From the human T2T-CHM13v2.0 reference genome, Homo sapiens, in NCBI RefSeq assembly GCF_009914755.1, contig NC_060938.1: a DNA stretch of 64,000 bases; one strand, given 5' to 3'. The notes beneath the pieces are model-generated. The model did not search any database. It was not told the origin of the DNA and saw nothing but the letters and a program-made list of their open reading frames with translations. Made by a program: the position numbers and the translations under genes. Positions 1 to 12,223 of this stretch are shown piece by piece; the first letter of the stretch is position 1, and the number at the start of each line of letters is the position of its first letter.

Positions 1-3000
1 ACTGGGGAGTTGGGGATTTCTTTTCTACCGCTCAACTATTACTGATTCTGCCTTAGGACCTACTGCATCAGAAACTCCAAGAATAGGTATGTGTATCTGG
101 GGAGAAAAATGAGGTGATACTGATGGGAGTACCTGTTGACTGGACCCAGCGTATAGCCAGATTGCCTTTAACAGGTGAGGAGAGGCAGCGTGCCCCCGGC
201 TGAGTGAGTGGCCTCAGGATCACACAGTGTTTACATAGAGCTGGAGCAAGACCTGAGTCTCTGAATGGCACCCGGCGCTGGCTTCCATCAGGCAAGGGGC
301 CACCAGGCAAGACAAAAGAGATAAACATTTTGTGTGCATTTTGGCAGCATGATAATCTGTTATATCCAGACAGTTGCTGCAAATAGTATTCCGTGTTAAG
401 ATGTACCATAATATTTGCTGGAAGTTAATTCAGGTGACTAAATCTGCAACTGTTGAAAGTAAAAACAAAACAAACAAAGCTTTGGTTTACATTTTAAAGC
501 ATTGATGTTTCACTAATTCATTTTGACCTTCTCTCATCAGTCTGACTCAGTGAAATTTTGTTGTATTTCAGCTCCTAAGTTTAAGATGGTTTTGGGGGGT
601 GGGTAGAAGCCAAAGTTTGTTATGAATTTAAAACTTTGCTATGGTGCCTTCTAGTGAAATTCTTCGGGCTTTCACTTCTCAAGGTGGTCTTCCTTGCTTT
701 GCAGAGCACTCACATGTGAGAACAGAGAGTGGAACGGGGCAGTTTCATATCATTCCTAGAAGTTCAGTTCCCTTGTAAAACTATAAGAAAACCATGTGCT
801 GTATGTTGACCCATGTTTGAGAAACTACCAAGAAAAAACCAACTTCTTGAAGGCTGCATGAGCTGAGCTTGTGTTGGGATGATTTGTAATGGTTCTGAAT
901 ATTACAGATGCAGCTATAATCTTGTATGACACTGCCCTCACCATTGCACATGACTGATTCTGTAAGGATCTACAAGTAGGTGTTTAGGTGTTTCACCGCA
1001 TCTGCCTGACATAAACTAATGATGTAGACTGCTAAACGTGGTGACATGATTAAACAGGATGTTAACGAGTGGCTCCTCTAAGAGTCTTGCTCATTTCTTT
1101 TAACAGCCTTTGTTATGCATGTACAAAAGTTAAAGAGACAGAAATGGCTGTTTCCTGCAAAGCATCTGTTAACAGCAATGGGAATTCAAGAAGAAAGCAT
1201 TTAAACTATCTAGTAAGACACACAGGGCCATCTTCTTGTCCTGGGGGTTGTCCAAAACCATGTCTTTGTGGGAAGGAATATGGCAGTTTTTCTGCAGGCA
1301 GTAATCATTTGTACTATTACTTAGTTGTCATGTATTGATGATCCCATTTCAATCAAACATATCTCATTCAGAGAGCTTTGGATGGGAGGAATTTTTGGAA
1401 GGGTTTAGGAAGGTTAAATCTGTGAGACATGGCTTCCATCTGGAATGCATTAGCTACGAAGATTTATTAGTCAGAGTGCCTGTGCATAATGTTCCATGGA
1501 AAGCGGGCCCTGCATCTAATTTCCAGTGTGATGTCTATATGAGGAGTGATCTTTGAAATATCATAGGTGACAATCAAGTTTGTTATAAAAATAGTAAATG
1601 CCCAGGATTTTCATGGCGGCTATTTTAAATCCCTCATGAGGGCTGCTAAGCAGGTAGTTGATTTGTTGACAAATGATAAAACTGTAGGAATAGCAACATG
1701 CATGAAATTTTAAAATGGGGCAGCTCTTTTAAGCAGAAAAAGACTATTAGGAAAATTATGAGCATTTAGTGTTTTCATTTACCCTTTCTTTGGGCACGAT
1801 AACATTAGAAAATAAGAAGCCCAGTCCTCAACTCTGTGAAGAAGTACATCCCCCTTCTGATTAAAATAGTTTTTAAGAGCTAGTGTTGTTGATCAATAAG
1901 TGAATCAGGGAAAGCTTTATAGCGACTCATATATTAGACAGCCTGAGACCGCACTGTTTTCAGCTGTAATGTGATTGGTATAAATTAGAAATTATAGCGG
2001 TGCTAGAATCCCAACTCTACTGATCTCTGTGTGGAAGGGAGGCAGAGCTGGCATGCAGCTCAGGCTTACCTGTGGAACTGTTCTTCTAAAAGATAACAAA
2101 CAGAAAGGCAGAAATGGGGGTAAAGGTTGAGTGTGGGCTGCAGAAATCAGGATTTAAAAACCAGAAGGCTCCTCAGCTTCCTTCGTAAAAGGCAACTCAA
2201 GCAGGGGAAGGACTTCCTCCGCCTCACCTGCCTTGTTCTCAGTCGCCAACATTAAGGTAACATAATGAGGGCCAATGCAGTCCCACAAAAGCGTTTTATA
2301 CCATCAGGAGGCAATACGGTTCAAGATGCCTTCCCTGGCTGTGTCATATCTTCCTGAAACTGAAGGGCAAAGGATTAATGCCAGGTGAAGGGCGAGTCGC
2401 CGTCCAAATATTTATCTGTGAATTTAGGTCACACCACAATGCCCAGTTGTGTCATTCTCTCTCAGCATAGGAAAAAGTGTTCTGTATCCTGGATACAAGT
2501 TCAGCACTAAATGGTTCTCCAAGGATTACAAGAGAAATGCTGGAGCTCAGCAATTTTCTTTTACCCTCCTGTTGGGCTTCTGTGCCATTGGGCAGTTTTG
2601 TGCCAGACAACAGAATTGAGAGTGAAATAGTACTAACCACAAAACACATGTTAGAGAATGAAAAGAGATTTTACTGCAAGACCTCAAAGAGCAAGGTTTG
2701 GGTTTTTCACCTTCTAAGTCAACATTTACAGGGTTCTAAACTTGAAATGTGTATTTCTCTTCTGCATCCTCTGTGCATGCTGAGAAGGGCATAGCAGGAG
2801 CAATGCCTCCCACTACTGAGGAGGACACATTCCCAGAAACTCACTTACAGTAGGATGCATTTGAGGACCTTAATTGCTTCTATTTTCCCATCAGATTTTA
2901 GCAAGGAATTTCATTCCTTCTTCTTTTAAGGCAAAGTGATAAGAGGTCCCCACAAACCCATGTCCCAGACATGCTTCCCCACTCCAAATGACTGGGTCCT

Positions 3001-4114
3001 TCCAAATCCCTCGCTGTAGCCTTGCCCTTAGCGTGTGTAAGTCTGGCTCGCTCTCTGGGCTTGCCTTGACAAGAATTATGGGATGGTGCCAGATTTCCTC
3101 ATCAGCCGATGTCTCCTTTTACTAAGGTGGGGCAGCACCCTGGCCAACCCCCTGGACACCCCTTGTTTGCAGGAACCTGTGTTTATCAGCGTCTCACTGT
3201 ATCCTGAAGTCTTTGTATGTAATTTAATATAAACTAAATAAGACAGTGGAAACCGCGACAGGTTCCCAAAGGCTCACTGGTTGATGTGTTTTTACATCTG
3301 GCATATGACTGACAATACTTTCAAGGACATAGCTGTTGTGGAAGTTAAGTAACTAATCCAAGAAGATTGAATATTGTAGCAAGACCACCCTGGCCTGCCC
3401 GGTTGTCCAAATTACTTCAGTTTGCTCAAGAAAAGAGCATTTGCTCAAGAAAAGTTCCTCTTTTAAATTCAAAGTATTCTTTTGTTTTTTAAAACTTCAG
3501 TGGCTTAGAATTAAATTAATTGCCTAATGTAGACTTGAATACATAGAAATATTTAGAAAGAAATTCCAAAAACATTTAAGGAAAAATAATCAGTTTTTCT
3601 TTCATGTCACAATCTAGGCTGTTTTTGGTATTTTGAATCACTTTAAATTTTCTCTGTTTTGATAGTGATTAGTAAATTGGCACAGATTTATTTTTTGGAT
3701 ATATGCCTGATGTTCAGAACTTCTTTTAAGTCACATGGGGCGAAAAAAGAAATACCATGAAGTTCTGTGAGCAAAGTTTTATGAATAAAGGTTAATTTTA
3801 CTAAATCCAGCAAAAATTATTTTCATTAGAGTTAAATTCTTGAAGAAGGAAACATAACATTAGCATGTTAATTGTCATATCTGAAACAGAAATTTAACAT
3901 CTTTGAAATGAGATTTCACTTTAAAAAGCAGTTGCAGTTGTGCTGTCTATCGTTCTTCAGTGCAAAATTTAAACTGTATGCTTTGTGTTATATGAAAAAG
4001 TCTTCTACTAGTCATTGTGGCCAATTCAATAATAATCAGTAATTAAGTAACCAAAAGAAAAAGGATACTAGGCAGTTTGATTAAATTTGATTAAATTATT
4101 ACATACGAGAGTTT

Positions 4115-4634
4115 TGTTACAGGAAAGGGGTCCCGATCCAGACCCCAAGAGAGGGTTCTTGGATCTCGCACAAGAAATAATTCAGGGCAAGTCCATAGAG
4201 TAAAGTGAAAGCATGTTTATGAAGAAAGTAAAGGAATAAAAGAAGGGCTACTCCATAGAGCAGCCCCAAAGGCTGCTGGTTGCCCATTTTTATGGTTGTT
4301 TCTTGATGATATGCTAAACAAGGGGTGGATTATTCATGCCTTCCCTTTTTAGACCATATAGGGTAACTTCCTGACGTTGCCATGGCATTTGTAACCTGTC
4401 ATGACACTGATGGGAGTGTAGCAGTGAGGACGACCAGAGGTCACTCTTGTTGCCATTTTGGTTTTGGTGGGTTTTGGCCGGCTTCTTCACTGACCTGTAT
4501 CTTGTGCCGACCTCCCATCTCATCCTGTGACTTTGAACGCATGACCATCTGGGAATGCAGCTCAGTAGATCTCAGCCTTATTTTACCCAGCTACTATTCG
4601 AGATGGAATTGCTCTGGTTCACATGCCTCTGACA
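4115..4634 (-). mobile_element. MER41A solo LTR (ERV1 class)
   Basis: The reverse complement begins TGTCAGAGGC..GAACCAGAGCAATTCCATCT and ends GGGACCCCTTTCCTGTAACA, matching the MER41A consensus as I recall it. TG..CA termini; 4-bp flanks gttt/cttt fit a degenerate TSD. Confidence 0.9.
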
Positions 4635-5169
4635 CTTTCATATGTAACAATGGGATAAGAAAACTATAAAATATTATACAAATGTAAGGTGTTGTTATTG
4701 ATTCACTTAACCAGTGAGAAAGTCTGCACATTTAGTTGATTGAGTACATAATCCTGGAAATCTGCAGTAGAAATCATGGACAGTATTACTACATGAGCAC
4801 TTAAAATCAGTGTCATCTCAAAGTCATTTGGTCAGGCAATCTGAGGTGAGTCAGTTTATCTCTCTGATTTATCTGTAGAAGAGGAATATTAATTTTATCT
4901 CATGGTGTTGCTAGTAAGATCAAAGGAGTGTTGGTAAAAATGATATACAAAAGTTGATTCTTTTATATCTTGTAAACTCTACCTGCCTCTCTTATAGCAG
5001 CATATCGTATTTTGAAGGCAAACATTGTACAAATCTCCCTTAAATATCACTGATTGCATAATCTGCTCCCTGGCTGAGTCAGAATCCTTATTTTTTCATT
5101 GGGTGCCCAAGAACCCTCTTTCCTTTACATATAATTATCTGTTATAATAATCCATTCTCTTCTCTTTCT

Positions 5170-5290
5170 GTCATCCTTGCTAGACTATAGGCTCTTTTAA
5201 CAGTAGAGATTATTTCTGCCTAGTGCCCAGCATGGTGCTTGGCACACAGTAGTTATTCAATAATTATATGCTGAATGAGTGAATGAATGC
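5170..5290 (+). mobile_element. L2 LINE 3' end fragment
   Basis: agtgcccagcatggtgcttggcacacagtag..tcaataa..tgaatgagtgaatgaatg is the typical L2 3' terminus. Confidence 0.75.
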
Positions 5291-7049
5291 ATAGAAAATT
5301 ACACAGAAGGTGACTGCTAGATCCTTCTTGCAGAGATTTTGTAGTAGCATCAAAGATGTGGCCTTCCACAAAAGGACTACAAGGACTATTACAAGAGTAC
5401 TCGTACACATACAGCTCTCTTATGGGCATACTGTTTTTTATTTTCTTGTCAGTAACATTGGCAATGAAAAAAAGATTGTTTTATAATTGCCCTCAGGACT
5501 CCAAGTCTAAACAGTCCCTTCTTACTATTATGTTGGAGTACAACCTGGAGATCTCTGGATTTTAACCCTCACTTCCCTCTGGGCAGGGTGCCTTGAATAT
5601 TGCACAGCCGTGAGGCAATCCTTAGTTCACTGTTTGAAGTAGGCTGGCTACCAACATTAAAAGAAGTACTATAACTCCAAGTTTCTGTCTCTGTTTTATT
5701 TTGCACTATATTTTCTAAATATGGTAACTAGGCAACTCCATGTTATACAAGTAAATGCTTTTGCACTTGTGGAATGCAGTTATGTCCCTGAAGCTGTGAC
5801 TCTTCCCAAAAATATATGTATCAACCCTTTCTGAATTCTAAACTTTCCTACAACGTCCTAAATCTTTATAAGCTCATGATGATTTTATTGAATAATCACG
5901 TATATTTTCGGCGTACCCTACTGCCTCCTACCCTCCTACTTTCCACCCTCTTTTGCAAATTGATTCTTCTACTTTAGCAATTCCTTTTACTGTTGTTGTG
6001 GTTGTCGTCGTTTTGTTTTTTTACCTACTGGATTTGCTATTCAGATACTTAAAGAATATTTAAAAATCAGCAAGGAAAGCACACAAACCAACTAACAAAA
6101 CTAGATTTACAGAAAAACCAGAGAGTGGGTCCAGGAAGTTGAGACACTCAAAATCAGTCTGGTGTTGTGATGCCATGGGAGAGGAGGAGGGTAACATTAT
6201 TGGCCTACAACTTTTTTAAAAACAATCTTCTGTGAGTTTTGTTAATTACATCATTCCCTGTTTCTTGACAACAAGGACATTTTTGAACTGCTCACCATAT
6301 CAACGATTCTACAAGGGTAACTTATTAGTATTATTGGGAATAAAACTGGTGCGGACGATACTAATAATTAAGTACGTTCAAAGCCTGACTCCTGCCATTT
6401 ATTTATTTACTTAGGGCCTGCGAGGCTTTATTTAAAATAACAATTTTTGTTTAATAGTAGAATCATGGAATAATCTCAAGTTGTCTTATGATCTTTTCCC
6501 TTGCCTTTAGGAATTCAGCGCTGAGCTAGCCAAAAGACAGGAATGTCTGTTTTATTTTGAATGCTTTTCAGGGTCTGGGAGATTCAACTGAGAAGGCTAT
6601 TTTGATGTTGCATAAAATGATTCCTGTCAAAATCATTTCTGTAACTGTTCTGCCTATTTCAATAAGATAGTTTTATCCTGGTGTTTTTAAAAAATCTTTT
6701 CATTCATGGCATTCTACAGGCTTGTTATTGTCAGATAATAATAGCTAACACCTAGATAGACAGTATGGGTCAAACATCTTAAATATGTTCACGAAAGGTT
6801 TTTATAAAAGATGTTATGAGTTCCGACGGGAAAATCACACCCTGATGGGCATGAGGGAAGATTTCATGAAGGAGGTGACATTTGGTTAGGATTTGTATTC
6901 CCTACGTGACTGTTAGCCTTAAGCAGAACCACTGCCATGTTTGCGGTAACTGACAAAAGCAGGTTCCAGTTTGAAATCTGACCTTGCACTTAGTATCCAA
7001 TGATAAGGTTATGGATATAGGATAGATAATACTTCTTAAGCAACCCCGA

Positions 7050-7205
7050 AGAGGAAGCATAGCTTAGTGCAGGCTTAAACTAGAGCCCCTGATTCAAATC
7101 CCTGCTCTACCATTTCCTCTGGGGGCAGATGAATTGGCCTGCCCGACACTCAGTTTCATCACTTGTGAAATGGGAATGGTAATAGTTTCAAATTCATGAG
7201 GTAAT
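7050..7205 (+). mobile_element. MIR SINE fragment
   Basis: ttcaaatccctgctctacc...ctcagtttcatcacttgtgaaatgggaat MIR core. Confidence 0.7.
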
Positions 7206-7580
7206 AGAGACAATAGAGATTTCAGTAGAAGTCAAGGGTTGTGAATGTGTCCTTATATTTTCTAAGGGAAAGGCTGCTTGTGAGGAAGTTCTTCCTGCCT
7301 TTCAGCCACAGATAATGGCAACTCCTACTTGGTTTATTATTTATCTCTGTACTCTCCATGACTGAGCATTAGATGAAGTGGAAACCATCATTACAGGAAG
7401 TTAGTCCACAAGAGGATGTGTTGTTGGTAAAGTGTGAGGGACTGCAGAAACCTGGGCTCTCATTCCTCGCCTGTTTCCAGCTAGCTTATCTGGGCAACAT
7501 TAGGCAAGTCGAACAACCTTTCTGGACGCAGTTCCTTCCCTATAGCCTGAAGGCACGAGACCAGCTAATCCCCCCAGCAC

Positions 7581-7945
7581 TATGATAGTCATTATTGCTG
7601 CTGGCAAACCTCTGGTTCTCGTCTCCTTCTGGGCACAAGGATAATTGAACTCTCTGCCCCTTTGAGGTCAGGTGGGACCATGTAACTAGTTCTGGCCAAT
7701 GAGCTGTGAGTGGAAATGACATGTTTCCTACAAGCTGACATGTTTAATGACAAGACCCTCTGAAGTTCTCATTCCTTCTTCATGACATAGACGGCGACTG
7801 TTCTGTGTCCTGGGCCCTGGAGGAAGGGTAACGGGGAGCAGAGATCCCAGTGACCCATGTTGGATTTGAGTAGGTGTGAGAAATAAGCTACCATTTTTTA
7901 AACCACTCATAATGTGGGATCATTTGTTACTCCAGCATAACACAC
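7581..7945 (+). mobile_element. MLT1I-like MaLR solo LTR
   Basis: tagtcattattgctg...ccatgtaactagttctggccaatgagctgtgag...gagaaataagc...tttgttactccagcataac follows the MLT1I consensus as recalled. Confidence 0.8.
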
Positions 7946-8034
7946 ATATGCCAAATTGTCACTGGCACCTTCCAGCCTAAGGCACCCGGGAAGACTTCAG
8001 GAGGAGCTGATGTTTGAAGTCCTAATGGCCATGA

Positions 8035-8262
8035 GTATATGGTCTGGATTCAAAACCTAGCTCTACACACCACCAGCAGTGTGACCTTATGCTAGTTGCT
8101 TAGCCTCTGAATTTTCATTCCCTTGTATGAAAATGGAGATATTACCACTGGTTATCTTATTGAGCTGATAAAAGGGTGAGGATAAAATGAGATCTTACAT
8201 GTAATACATTTTAGAAAACAACTGGCAGACAGAAAGGTAAGTAGGTAATAAATGGTCATTCT
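8035..8262 (+). mobile_element. MIR SINE
   Basis: ctggattcaaaacctagctct...tgtgacctt...aaaatggagat...tgaggataaaatgagat...aataaatgg. Confidence 0.75.
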
Positions 8263-10781
8263 TGTTTTTCTGGTTTTAACATTCTGTGAGTTAACGATTT
8301 CCTTATCTTTTTATATTTCTTATTGAGCTCACTGCGAGGACTGAGGAAGTTTATAAGAAATATGGCAATAGGTAATGGCTTAGGAAGAAAGTGGAAGGAG
8401 TAGTACCTTAGCCCCTATAAGCCAGCTGCTTCTAATGGGAATCAGTTTCTATTAGTGTATGAGCATTACATCTTGGCCGGCCCATTTCCAAAAATAAGAG
8501 CCAAAGCCACTGAACAAATCTGTAGTAATCCTTTCTAAGTAGCCATCATCCAACCAGTGATATTTTCCTACAAAAACTTCTTTGGGAAAAGAGATTATAT
8601 ATTTGTATCACCTCATATCTTGCAAATTTGTGTCACATTTTGTCTTTAAAGCTTTCAAGTAAACATTAAATTGATTATATAATAAAGCCAATAGCTCATT
8701 TGGAATATTTACAGGAAAACCCCCATAGAATGGGCATAATGAGAAAAATAATGACGCAGTAATTATAATTCTCAAGGCTAATAATTTTAATAATAATTTA
8801 TACTTAAACAGCTCTACACATAAGGAGATTTCAAAGGTTTATAAATATTAAGTAAAAGCTCCGTATGCTCTGCCATTCCTAAAACAATGCCTTGAACCTA
8901 ACATTTCTGAAACATTCATGCATCATTGGTATTATTTTACAAATGGATAAACTGAGGCAAAGAAAATATGCCTGGAGTCAGGAATGTGTAGCAATAAATT
9001 CTTGTCTTCTGTACCTATACCCAAAATCCACCAAATTAAGACATCACAGTGGAATAATTGATATTTCAGTCTCTCAAGGAGTTAAATTGTGTTGCACTAA
9101 CTGCCGCCACAGTGATGTGAGGTGACCCATGGATTTCATTTAGAGTAATGGGTTCTGTATGAAAACAGTTGCAGTGGGGATGGGAGGTTTTTGTGGCTTG
9201 TGGTCAGTCCTCAGTTGAGGTATGAGGGAGGTTTCAGGTTGGATTCCTGGCATGGCAAATCCAAAATATGTGCTCCAGCCAGAAGGTTACTGCTGAGTGT
9301 GCCCGCCTCCTCAAGAGTGGAATCAGAGCCCATCAAAAGCTGCCCTTTTTTTGTTGCACTGTGCTCATTCACACATGATATCCCAAAACAGTTAAGTAAA
9401 ATGAGGGATATTATATCTGTCACACATGAGAAAACTGCAGTTATGGATTTGCTTAATGCATTCATTGCTTTTTGGACTCTGGAGTCCCCTGGGCAGTGCC
9501 ACAAATCTACATGTTGGCCCCTAGTTCCATATTCTGTGTGGGACTCTCTAGTGAAGCTAGCATGTGTATGAAAGGTTCATTATTATTGTTGTTAATTTTT
9601 TTTATTTTCATGGTTCAAATGAATCGGCGTTAACTCATGGTAACAGTAAGGGCTGCACTGGCCGAGTACATTACAGTAATCTATTGTTGAAATAGCTCCC
9701 TCCTGGCTATACACTGAGCACTGAGGTCCTGCCTTCTGAATTAATACCAAAGCATCGGTGACATAGCTGACCCATAGCAGAGAGCCTGAAGCCACTGCTT
9801 CTCTATGAAGTTTTTTGAGAGATCGACCCCTCCTAATTTTTCCAAATGCGGTCCCTGACCCTCTGATTCCTGGGATCTTGAATAATGTTGAAGGTGAAGC
9901 TAGTAGTCATTTATTCCAAAAACATTTACTGTCTGTGGCTGCAGCTGTGACACAAGTTGTACAGAGCATGCTGTCCTTTTTCATCGGCCGTGCATGAGGA
10001 TTGTTCTTTGATTTATGGTCATAGGCTCTGTTTGGCGAGGAGCTGGGAGCTGTTTGTACCTTCCTGTATGATGCCAAGTGCAAAGCCCTTTGTTCAGAGA
10101 ACTGCCTGGTCCTGATGGAAAGGCTTGGGCTCCTCTGGCAGCTTCTGCAGTTGCCTGGACCCCCACACCTGTGACCCAAGGGGCCTGGCACACAGTAAGC
10201 ACTCAGTTAATGTTAGCTGTTGTTATCGTCATCAGGTTCATCATCATTATCATCATGCCATGATGATTATCTTTCCATTCACTATAGAAACAGTAAATAG
10301 GGATCTTGCTTTGATGTGTTTAATGTGTGTTGCCCTTAGTCACTCACTATTAAATTCCCAAAGGTTTTTTTTTACTTGAGTGATCAATAACCAAACAAAT
10401 TATGTATTTGTAGTATCCATTTACAATTTTATTAATCTGTGGTGGCAAGGACTATCTTTGTTTTTTCCAAGGCAAAGTTTTCCTACTTTGCACGCAATAG
10501 ATGCTCAATGAATATTATGAAATGAATAAATAAGTAAATGAATCCTCTAATTCTGTCAGCCCCATACATTAAAGTATTTTAAACACGTAATTTTATTAAG
10601 AAGTTATATGGTCAAGCTTAAGACGTTAAATGCCTACTATGCATTCTCAGAGTAAAAAAGTTTAAAATGTAACTACTGTCTTTAAGCAGTTCACAGTAAG
10701 ATCAGTCACATGCATACAGGTAACAAAAAAACAAGATTATAGAATATATCGATTCAAGCATGATGTTTAGTGTTCTTGGTG

Positions 10782-10960
10782 TTATTACTAGCTTTGGTTG
10801 AGCACTTACTACATACCAGGCACTTTTTACAGCACTCTTGTTTAATTCTCACGTAAAAATCTATTTTTATTAGCCCTGTTTTATAAGTGCAGAAACTGAA
10901 GCCTAGAAAAGCTACATGTGACCAAAGGCATATAGTTTACAAATGGTGGTGCTATAGGAT
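10782..10960 (-). mobile_element. MIR SINE
   Basis: ttgagcacttactacataccaggcact...ttaattctcac...gaaactgaagcctaga, antisense MIR. Confidence 0.7.
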
Positions 10961-11811
10961 ATAATATGCTTAACTTCTATATACTAAATAAAAATGGCCA
11001 TTACGCTCTTTTATTTCCTTTCGCAAAACATGCCTTTGATATTCAATTTATTTATATTTTCCCTTGCTTTAATTCAGTATAATATATGGCATATATTAAT
11101 TTTATCATTATTCGGTTTTATTTGTTCTTAGTTTAGCCACCTCAAATCATTTGTGGAATCACACGAGATCCAACAGATATATAATAGATAATAAAATGCT
11201 AAATTGTGTAGTATCTACAATAAGCAAATTAACAGTTTTGAGAAAGGAGCCTGGGTAGTTGAGCATCGAGCTTCTCTGGAAGAATGGATGAAATCAAAAC
11301 ACATAGCAGATGGGGAGGCAGGCTGGAGCGTGAGCAAAACCGCAGTAGCACAATGAGCATGCGCTTGAGCTTCGGGAGCATGCTGGGGAGTGCAAGGAGA
11401 CTCACTGCCCAGGAGTATTACACTGTGTGGGAGAGAGGATGGAGCTGTTTAGAGAAGCAAGAGAGGGACCATGGCCCAACCTGAGGGTGTGAAACCTGGT
11501 AAAGGCAGGGCTAGAAACCAGGTTCCTTTAGCAGCAAAACCAGGGTCATTCTGCTGGAGACCCCTGTCTTTCCTATCCTAGCAAGAGCCTCAAATTCTAG
11601 AGTTTAGAATAGAAAAACACAGATGCTAGAAAAAGCAGATGATGATTAGCAAGATTTGTTTTAACCTCTTAACAAATATTCACATAATGGAAGTAGCCAT
11701 CACCAGTTTGGTTATCAAGTAAATACTATCAGCATTAGATCACCGTTGTTCATCTAGCAATTGTATGCCTTTTGAGAAGACGTGGGAAGACTGAAGAGTT
11801 TGTTTACTCCT

Positions 11812-12223
11812 TGTATTAGTCAGTTCTCACATTGCTGTAAAGAAATACCTGAGACCGAGTAATTTATAAAGAGAATAGGTTTAATTGGCTCACAGTGCTA
11901 CAGGCCATACAGAAAGCATAGTAGCTTCTGCTCCTGGGGAGGCCTCAGGAAATTTACAATCGTGGTGGAAGGCAAAGAGGGAGAGAGGCGTCTCACATGA
12001 TGGGAGCAGGAGGAAGAGAGGGAGGTGGAGGAGGTGCCACACACTTTTAAACAACCAGATCTTCCAAGAACTCACTCACTATACACTACCAAGGGAGATG
12101 CTGCTAAACCATTCATGAGAACTCCACCCCATGATCCAGTCACCTCCTACAGGCCCCACCTCCGACACTGGGGATTACAATCAGACATGAGATTTGGTGA
12201 GGACACAGATCCAAACCATATCA
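11812..12223 (-). mobile_element. MSTA MaLR solo LTR with perfect 5-bp TSD
   Basis: The reverse complement begins TGATATGGTTTGGATCTGTGTCC and ends ACTAATACA. TSD ctcct at 11807-11811 and 12224-12228. Confidence 0.93.

Noticed and set aside
3421-3454. Short tandem duplications (tttgctcaagaaaag x2; similar cases at 18363-18396 and 49260-49291)
   Set aside because: Ordinary slippage duplications. Two units with no spacers, so not CRISPR-like.
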